A stretch of 13,210 nt of DNA from Nitrospinota bacterium (GTDB lineage Bacteria > UBA8248), in NCBI GenBank assembly GCA_030754595.1, contig JASLZZ010000005.1, positions 1-13,210 on the forward strand, read 5' to 3'. Shown piece by piece: positions 1 through 6,490 of this stretch. The notes beneath the pieces were generated by a model, which searched no databases, was not told where the DNA came from, and saw only the letters and a program-made list of their open reading frames with translations. Made by a program: the position numbers and the translations under genes. Every line of letters starts with the position of its first letter. Position 1 is the stretch's first letter.

Positions 1-822
1 TCCATTCAAGTTCTGGTTCTCGGGAAGTCTGATGAAGTAGGTGATCCGCTTCTTCTCGCAGTACTCGTACATTTCCGGGCTGGCGGGGGCGGCGTCGCCG
101 CGAAGCCAGAACAAATCGAACCAGGGACGATACCTCTCCACGACGGGATGAATGAACGGGAGAGTTCCATCGGCCGGGTGAACATTACCCGGCCTGAGCT
201 TCGCTCCCAGGCAGGCGCCCTCGCCCGTGAAGGCAAACAGCGGATGAAAGCAGTTCGTGCCGAAGTGGCCGTTACAAGCAACTCTCTCATGGCTGCCGTG
301 GGCCGGGTCCTTGATGGAATCGACATCCACAATCAGCCGCCGCTTGCCCCGCTTCCCTAAAAAGGCCCCGGTCGAGCGCTGAAGCGCGCCGTCCAGCGCC
401 TTGAGCCCAGCCTCGCTGCCAAGAACATCGTTCTCCAGCCGCGAGAGCATGGACTGGCTCGCTCCCGCCTCGTGGCCTTTGCCGATTTAAAGCCGAAGCG
501 CCGGATCGATCCGGAGATGATCGGCATCGTTGCGGTCCTCGTAGCCGGCTCCTATCTGGTAGACCCGCTGACGGATCACCTGGACCAGGGAATGCCTGGT
601 GCGTACGGGAGACCTTCGGTCTTCGAGGCAACCACTCATGGGGCCGATGATGTCGAAGCGCCCGTCCATCTCCCGCAGGAGAAGAAAACCTGTGTCGGAG
701 CTGATTATGGCACCCTGGAAACCCACCAGGATAGAGCGGTTGAAATCGGGCCCCAGCACCTCTTTTTGGCCGCCACCACCTCCGAGCACCTGATGTCCTC
801 TCGCTCGGGCAATTTTAGCCAA
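1..822 (-). pseudogene. IS1380-family transposase, interrupted by an in-frame stop and truncated by the window edge
   Basis: ORF 487..822 has the IS1380-type N-terminus (PDFNRSILVGFQGAIISSDTGFLLLRE...QRVYQIGAGYEDRNDADHLRIDPALRL). Manual translation past the TAA at 487-489 continues in the same frame with no further stop to base 1: IGKGHEAGASQSMLSRLENDVLG...RLIVDVDSIKDPAHG...NGHFGTNCFHPLFAF...KLRPGNVH...FWLRGDAA...YFIRLPEN. This contains the DxDS and RGD acidic motifs typical of the family. Confidence 0.88.
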
Positions 823-889
823 TCATGTCATATAGTTACAAAGATTCTCGGCCCTTTTTGCTCTGTTGGATAATGTGGGGTACCATTCC

Positions 890-1093
890 CTACGAGAGTC
901 CTGGAACCATGGACGAAGGGCGAAGCGGAGCGAAGCCCGGAGGCCATGGTTCTTTCGTTTCGGGTGCTGGAGGCCGGTAGCCCAGTGAACTGTGCGGCCT
1001 GGTCCTGTTGTAGACATGCCGCCAGCGTTCCACCAGCACTTTTGCTTCATGTAGCGTATCGAATCCCTCTAGATTCAAGAGCTCATCCCGCAT
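890..1093 (-). pseudogene. IS3-family transposase OrfB C-terminal fragment
   Basis: MRDELLNLEGFDTLHEAKVLVERWRHVYNRTRPHSSLGYRPPAPE matches the IS3 OrfB tail (RDE.LN...W...YN..RPHSSLGY.PP). The upstream DDE region is absent. Confidence 0.9.
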
Positions 1094-1095
1094 CC

Positions 1096-1215
1096 CTGCT
1101 CTGATATCTCGATTCTCTTGCAGGCCACAGGCACGCTCTGGCCTTGAGAGAGCAGGAACTCGGCCTCTCTCAGCCTGGATATGATCTGCCCGGGTGTATG
1201 GCGCTTCTTGCTCAT
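1096..1215 (-). pseudogene. IS3-family OrfA N-terminal fragment (40 codons, not in the ORF track)
   Basis: Manual translation from the ATG at 1215 gives MSKKRHTPGQIISRLREAEFLLSQGQSVPVACKRIEISEQ, a typical OrfA HTH start. It breaks off exactly where TYYRW would follow. A GGGGGA SD lies just upstream (about 1221-1226). Confidence 0.85.
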
Positions 1216-1305
1216 CTACATCCCCCCAGATTGGGCGGTCACACCGAAAGAGTACCGAAAATACTCCCATTCAGCATGGACCGGTTTGAGGGGGGGGAAG
1301 ATCAA

Positions 1306-1713
1306 TTAGTCGTCCCTATTTAAAAATTCTACCCACCCGCCAAAATTTGTAATATCCCTCGCGGCTAGAATTACATACGATTCGCACAAAAAACCCTTCA
1401 CGAATTCTCCGTCTTCAAGCTCGATGGTCCCGATGCAAAGTGGGGCGAGGATATTTTCCATGAAAGCGCCAAAATATTCCGCATTTAACTCCCAGACCTC
1501 GACCTGAATTTCAGCACCTTCTTCGGGAACGCAACGCACGAGCCCCGGCTTAGGAGGGGTCGCCCCATCAAGTTCGTAAAGCCGATAAAGAGGACCTGTC
1601 CGGGCGGAGCGCACAAATTCGGCGCCCAGGTCTGTCAGCTGATGATTCAAGGGCTGGCCCCGCAGGTGCGCCCCGACGACTGCCAGGCGGATTCGCTTTG
1701 TCCCAGATATCAT
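1306..1713 (-). CDS. atzF: Allophanate hydrolase C-terminal domain (separated from the amidase domain by one in-frame stop)
   Basis: LAVVGAHLRGQPLNHQL...YRLY...PPKPGLVR...EVWEL...PLCIGTIELEDG..VKGFLCE......DITNFGGW is the allophanate hydrolase C-domain pattern. It is in the same frame as 1717..3153 and has no obvious SD before the ATG at 1713. Confidence 0.88.
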   Translation of the reverse strand: MISGTKRIRLAVVGAHLRGQPLNHQLTDLGAEFVRSARTGPLYRLYELDGATPPKPGLVRCVPEEGAEIQVEVWELNAEYFGAFMENILAPLCIGTIELEDGEFVKGFLCESYVILAARDITNFGGWVEFLNRDD

Positions 1714-1716
1714 GGT

Positions 1717-3153
1717 TTATTCTGCGGGGATGGGATGCGGGGTGGCGCCGAGGTTCAGTCCCGATTCACGTTGAAACGCCGTGCCTAGGGCGCAAAGCCC
1801 GCTTTCCTGAAATGCAGGCGCTATAAAAGTGACCCCTGCTGGAAGGCCGTTCGAATAAAAGCCGTTCGGCACCGCGATGCCGCACAAATCCAGCAGGTTC
1901 ATGAAATTCGTGTAGAAACTCAGGTTGTTGTTCAGGGCAATTGGATCGGATTCGACATCGGAGATTGAATAGATCGTTCCGGTAGTAGGAACGACCATCA
2001 TGTCGATATCGTCCCATGTTTTTCCCGTAATTTTTTTCAGCCCTTCCAGCCGGTAAATCCCCCCAAAAGTGTCAGAGGCCGAATATCCCCGGCCTTTTAC
2101 AATCAAATCCCGGGTAACGGGATGCAATGCTTCTGGTTTGGCATCGAAAAATTCACGAATGGCAGCATACCGCTCGGCCATCCAGGGACCTTCATACACC
2201 AATCGGGCCGTCTCATGAAATGTTGTGTAGTCAATTTCGACGACAACCGTCCCCATTTTCCGCAGCCGATCGATGGCACCGTTAAAAAGTTCCTCTGCAT
2301 TTTCATTGCCGAAAAACTCCCGCTGATTTTTACGCGGTACGCCCACCCGGAGTCCACCGGAGGAATCGGCTAATGATTTTTTTATCCATTCGTGGGGTAC
2401 AGAGCGAGAGAATGGATCCGACTCGTCTTCTTCCGCCATCGTTCGGAGCGCTTCCAGCGCGTCTGGAACGGTCAGGGCGAACACCGATGCGCAATCCAGC
2501 GAGCGGCAGGCCGGGACAACCCCGGACATGCTCACAAGCCCCCGGGTAGGCTTTAAGCCGACGATGTTGTTGAAGCCGGCGGGCACGCGCCCCGATCCGG
2601 CGGTGTCCGTCCCCAGCGCGAAGCTCACCAGACCGGCGGAAACCGCCACCGCTGAACCCGAGCTCGAACCACCCGGGATAAATCGCTCGTCAAAAGGATT
2701 CCGCGCAACCCCGTAGGGAGAGCGCACCCCCACCAGGCCGGTTGCGAACTGATCCATGTTCGTCTTGCCGATTAAAATTGTGCCGGCATCTAAAAGTCGC
2801 TCGACGGCGGGGGCTGTTTTTTCGGGAACGTAGGTGTATTCCGGGCACCCCGCTGTTGTGGGCCTGCCCATCCAATCGATATTGTCCTTGATGGCAAACG
2901 GAAGGCCGTACAGAGGGTATCGGGATAAAAGCGCCTCGGCGGACAGCCCTTCGGCGAGAGATTCCAATTCCTCCGCTCTGGCGAAAACCTTTTCCTCGGG
3001 TTCAAGGTAAATCCAGACGCCGTCTTTGCCTCGGCGAGCGATCCGGCCGATTACGGTCTTCGCCACATCGCGGGGCTTTAGCTCATCTCTACCGTATAAA
3101 CCCCTGAGTGCAATGAAATTCAGACTTCCCGATTCATCGGACCAATCTCTCAT
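1717..3153 (-). CDS. atzF: Allophanate hydrolase, amidase-signature N-terminal domain
   Basis: Amidase signature and Ser-cisSer-Lys triad motifs: PFAIKDNID, GKTNMDQFATGLVGVRSPYG, GGSSSGSAVAV, GTDTAGSGRVPAGFNNIVGLKPT. Also carries the allophanate-hydrolase-type YEGPWMAERY and YTNFMNLLDL motifs. Confidence 0.93.
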   Translation of the reverse strand: MRDWSDESGSLNFIALRGLYGRDELKPRDVAKTVIGRIARRGKDGVWIYLEPEEKVFARAEELESLAEGLSAEALLSRYPLYGLPFAIKDNIDWMGRPTTAGCPEYTYVPEKTAPAVERLLDAGTILIGKTNMDQFATGLVGVRSPYGVARNPFDERFIPGGSSSGSAVAVSAGLVSFALGTDTAGSGRVPAGFNNIVGLKPTRGLVSMSGVVPACRSLDCASVFALTVPDALEALRTMAEEDESDPFSRSVPHEWIKKSLADSSGGLRVGVPRKNQREFFGNENAEELFNGAIDRLRKMGTVVVEIDYTTFHETARLVYEGPWMAERYAAIREFFDAKPEALHPVTRDLIVKGRGYSASDTFGGIYRLEGLKKITGKTWDDIDMMVVPTTGTIYSISDVESDPIALNNNLSFYTNFMNLLDLCGIAVPNGFYSNGLPAGVTFIAPAFQESGLCALGTAFQRESGLNLGATPHPIPAE

Positions 3154-3416
3154 GCGATACGAACTCTCTCTCGCGGAGGGTCAGTATACTCCTCCGGAAA
3201 ATGACAGGCCATCCCCAAGCCGCCGCAATAGGGTCGTAATATCGGCATTTCACTCATGCACCGCCCCTCTCCTTTCGAGCAACGGCTGTGGAAGCGGCAA
3301 CACTTAGGAGAGAAACCGATCGGGCTCATCGGCTCGCCGGTAATGCGGATTCGTTCAAAGCGGTGTTCTTTCCGTAGAGCCGGGACCGCCGAGAGAAGCG
3401 CCTTCGTGTAGGGATG
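3150..3416 (-). pseudogene. C-terminal remnant of an oligopeptide/dipeptide ABC transporter ATP-binding subunit (oligo_HPY domain, OppD/OppF/DppD/DppF-like)
   Basis: HPYTKALLSAVP...GEPMSP...CCRFHSRC......C....P........ACH is the characteristic HPY plus Cys-rich tail. No Walker A/B region is present upstream. Its TGA overlaps the atzF ATG (ATGA, 3153-3150). Confidence 0.88.
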
Positions 3417-3600
3417 CCTAGTTACACCCACATGCATGATCCGCCGCGAGCCATGCTCCAAAAGGACGAATACATAGAGAATCCAAAACGTCACCGTTAC
3501 AGGTACAAAGAAATCACAGGCCAGGATGAATCCAGCATAATTTTGCAAGAAAGTGGCCCAGCGCTAGTCATTTCGTAATTCGCGTGATGGCAGTCCATGG
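3411..3600 (-). pseudogene. Integrase-core (rve) transposase fragment with an in-frame stop
   Basis: The frame reads ...LPSRELRND*RWATFLQNYAGFILACDFFVPVTVTFWILYVFVLLEHGSRRIMHVGVTRHP. This resembles the (Q)RW.TFL.NHA..I.ACDFF...T..F..LYVF...EH.SRRI.H..VT.HPT segment of rve-domain IS transposases. The TAG at 3564-3566 sits where Gln (CAG) would be expected. The upstream boundary is approximate. Confidence 0.8.
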
Positions 3601-3901
3601 CGGAGATTTTGCCACACTCGGATCCCATCAAGTGACCTTTTTAACCTATTCAGTCCAGGTAAGATCCGCTTTTTGCGGAGCACAAGTATTTCGCCATGCA
3701 CAGGTAGTAAGTACCTTAAAGGAATGAGTACAGGAAAAATTTTCCTCAATCACAATACGGTTTCAATGTACTCAATTTCCTCTGGAATCACTTTTGTGGG
3801 GCTCCGCTATAGCCGCGTTAATAATAAGCAAGACGCAGGCACGGCCACGAGATACTATCATGCCGGATGAACCCAGCTCTCCTGATCATTTGGGCGCTCT
3901 T

Positions 3902-4869
3902 TCATTTTTTTGTAATGTGCGTACCCGTTTCGCCATGTAAGGTGGGGAGCGCCTCTTCCAATTCGGCAATAATGACATGTTTCCCACCCCCCTCGAGAAA
4001 GCGGATGGCAGCTTCGACCTTGGGCCCCATGCCTCCCGGCGGGAAGTGTCCTTCGGCTGGTAGATCCGAAGCTCGGAAAGGGAAATTTTATCGAGTTCTC
4101 TCTCCTTATCCGTGCCGAAGTAGATGGCGACACTGGAAACCGATGTCAAGATCATCATATGCTCAATTCTGAGAACGTTCCCCATCAGCGCCGAGGTAAG
4201 GTCTTTATCGATAACCGACTCGACACCCTCGCGTGTTCCTCTCGCGCTGCGCACAACAGGAATTCCGCCTCCGCCTCCGGCGATGCAGACGGCGCCTCCT
4301 TCGATAACCGTCCGGACGAGGGAGGTGTCTGCGATATGCTTCGGTTCCAGCGAGGGAACAACATGCCGCCAGCCTCGGTTCGCATCCTCTTGCATCTCCC
4401 AACCCATTTGCTTCTTGAGTTCTTGAGCTTCTTCTTCGGTGTAGAAATAACCGATGGGTTTCGTAGGGTTTTGGAAAGCGGGGTCACCGGGGTCCACTTC
4501 GACTTGGGTCAGAAGACACGCCACGTGATGAGGGTTTCCTGCCTCCCGAAGCGTGTTTTCGAGCGCCTGCATGAGGGGGTAGGCGATTCTCCCTTGGCTA
4601 TGCGCAACGCAAATGTCCATCGACATTGGAGTTACCCGGTCACGGGCAAGAATTTGGCACATCAATATTTTGCCCACAACGGGCCCATTGCCGTGCGTAA
4701 TTACCAGTTCGTTATTTAATTCCATGAGAGGGAGAAGGGCGCATCCTGTAGCGTGAGCAATCGCTCCTTGGTCTTCCGGGGTGCCCAAAATGCCGGGCGG
4801 ATGGGTAGCGTTCCCACCGATTGCGACGTGAAACCGACCAGGAATATCTGGATGGCGGCCCATGCTCAT
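3902..4869 (-). pseudogene. arcC: Carbamate kinase (ArcC/YbcF/YahI-like) with a 1-nt frameshift near the C-terminus
   Basis: Motifs VAIGGNA, ITHGNGPVVG, DPAFQNPTKPIG, GGGGIPV and GVESVIDKD. At about 4056-4057 homology shifts frame: the alternative frame gives [50 protein letters not shown] with TGA at 3902-3904. Adding one base restores a 322-aa protein. Confidence 0.9.
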
Positions 4870-4989
4870 CCATCCCCAGGGGCAAGAACCATTTATCGCG
4901 AACCTTCGAGACCACTACCTTCGACATTTCCTTCGGCGAATCTCTTGAACCTCGCTGCGGCCGAAAATTGACCTCACGCTCTCATCTGT

Positions 4990-5015
4990 AAAAGGCGGGG
5001 TAAAAATATTCCCCG
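4990..5015 (-). terminator. Possible weak intrinsic terminator after the DUF1116 gene
   Basis: Minus strand CGGGG-AATATTTTTA-CCCCG-CCTTTT: a 5-bp GC stem followed by a short U run, about 55 bp after the DUF1116 stop. The stem and U tract are short. Confidence 0.3.
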
Positions 5016-5071
5016 ATTGTAATCCCCTTTGAAAATATCCTGCCGCGGTTTTCCCGGCGAAGCCTTCCAGG

Positions 5072-6490
5072 CTATGCGGACATCTTTTCGGCTAGGGCCT
5101 CGAAAGCTTCCTGGAACGGAGCTTCGGGCGCACGGAGAATGCCCGCCCCTATCTGCCCGATACCCGCATCCCGGTGGGCGATTCCGGTATTGATATTGGG
5201 ATATATACCCGTTTCGATCACTTTCCGGATGTCGATTCCCATCGGAACTCCCGTAAAATCAAATATCGGAAGGGTATAGTCCCGGCTCCTCGTCCAGGTG
5301 ATTCCGTACATCTCGTTGGTCGCCTGAATGGCCTCGGCCGTTGACCCTCCGACAAACTGGACGATCGCGGGCGCGGCCCCCATCGCAAATCCACCGAGGC
5401 CGAGGGTCTCCATAATCGCCGAATCGCCAATATCCAGGTTGGCGTCCTCCTGGCCATAGCCGGGGAAAAAGAGCCCGACCGGATGCTTCGCCGGCGCGGT
5501 GAACCACTGATTCCCCAGACCACTAACCCGAATGCCAAACTCGGTCCCATTGCGCGCCATGGCGTAGACCAGGGAGCAGCCTTCCACGTTGGCCATAGCA
5601 TCCAGGCTCGCCTTGGCAGCCGGCATCCCCAAATTCAGAAAAAAGTGATCGTTCCCGGCAATAAAATCCGCCACGCGGGATATCACCTTCGTATCGCTCA
5701 CCGAATCCGCCAGGTGGGGCATAATCATCCGAAATACCGTTGCCGTCGCCGCCAAGTTTCGGTTGTGGACCTCATCGCCCATGTGCAAGGCCCGCGCAAT
5801 TATGTTTTTGATATCGAGGCCACCTTCCATCGCCTTCACCGTCTCCTGCATGGCCGGGGCCAGTTCATCCGCCATCCACCGGAGGCGATCCAAGACGTCC
5901 GGCGAATATGCGCCGTACCGAAGAACCTTGCCCAGACCCTCGTTAAGGTTTGAATAGCTCCTGTTGCCGCCTCCCAAATCGGACGGCGCCTGATTTTCGA
6001 TGATGTTGACAGGCATCGAGGGCGAAATCACGCCCGCCATCGGCCCCACCGCCGAATGGTGATGACAGGGCTCGAAGGTAATCTCTCCGCCCGCGCCAAG
6101 CTTTTCCGCCTCGCTTTCGTCTTTTGCCCAGCCCTCCAGGAGCATGGCTCCGATCATCGCGCCCCGCATGGGGCCCGACATATTCTCCCAGATGATGGGA
6201 GGTCCGGCGTGCAGGAACATCCTCTCCCCCATTCCGGGTATCGCGTCGGCGGCAACCCCCACATCCACCCATACGGGCCTCGCGGCCTGAAGACGCTCCA
6301 TTGCGATATCGTTGGCCGCATCGCAAGAGGTTAGTCGGTCGAGACGTTCAACCATTTCCGGATCTCCTCCCGCAGCGGGACGCCAATCCACCTGGACGAC
6401 AGGGGCATTCTGGGAAACAAGGCTGTCCGAAAACAGCTCCACCCCAATATTTGCAACACGAACACCCTCCAGTAGCTTTTCCTCATTCAC
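5072..6490 (-). CDS. DUF1116 family protein (YlbE/AllG/YahG-like; putative carbamoyltransferase component)
   Basis: Motifs LHAGPPI.WE.M.GPMRGA, PCHHHSAVGPMAGV.SPSM, NEGLGKVLRYGA, ALHMGDEVHNRN, MARNGTEFGIRVSG, DIGDSAIMET.GLGGFAM and INTGIAH..AGIGQIGAG. The GTG start overlaps the fdrA-like TGA (GTGA, 6490-6487). Confidence 0.93.
   Translation of the reverse strand: MNEEKLLEGVRVANIGVELFSDSLVSQNAPVVQVDWRPAAGGDPEMVERLDRLTSCDAANDIAMERLQAARPVWVDVGVAADAIPGMGERMFLHAGPPIIWENMSGPMRGAMIGAMLLEGWAKDESEAEKLGAGGEITFEPCHHHSAVGPMAGVISPSMPVNIIENQAPSDLGGGNRSYSNLNEGLGKVLRYGAYSPDVLDRLRWMADELAPAMQETVKAMEGGLDIKNIIARALHMGDEVHNRNLAATATVFRMIMPHLADSVSDTKVISRVADFIAGNDHFFLNLGMPAAKASLDAMANVEGCSLVYAMARNGTEFGIRVSGLGNQWFTAPAKHPVGLFFPGYGQEDANLDIGDSAIMETLGLGGFAMGAAPAIVQFVGGSTAEAIQATNEMYGITWTRSRDYTLPIFDFTGVPMGIDIRKVIETGIYPNINTGIAHRDAGIGQIGAGILRAPEAPFQEAFEALAEKMSA

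Larger units (their letters stand above)
872..1304 (-). mobile_element. Internally deleted IS3-family element (about 430 bp, non-autonomous remnant)
   Basis: The minus strand begins at 1304 with TGATCTTCCCCCCCCTCAAACCGGTCCA, an IS3-type TG... left end. A GGGGGA SD and an orfA start follow, joined directly to the orfB C-terminus. Only the inner part of a possible right end (TGGTACC, 885-879) follows the orfB stop. Confidence 0.8.

Noticed and set aside
890..1270. 126-aa ORF as a genuine gene
   Set aside because: Its N-terminal half is an off-frame reading of the IS3 left end and orfA. Only the part from 1093 is OrfB-like.
487..3566. Stop-codon reassignment or programmed read-through explaining the three in-frame stops (TAA 487-489, TAA 1717-1719, TAG 3564-3566)
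   Set aside because: TAA and TAG end other genes at their expected C-termini (TAA at 1306, TAG at 5072 and 8082). The long intact genes have no internal stops, and two of the three cases are in decayed transposases.
3886..4056. C-terminal tail [10 protein letters not shown]...NERAPK of the 327-aa ORF as a novel carbamate kinase extension
   Set aside because: It is the out-of-frame product after the frameshift. The canonical C-terminus is present in the neighbouring frame.
4870..5071. Remnant of a DUF2877 (YlbF/YahE) gene in the intergenic gap
   Set aside because: I could not recognise any such motif by eye. The short ORFs here (4712..4927, 4753..4971) look spurious.
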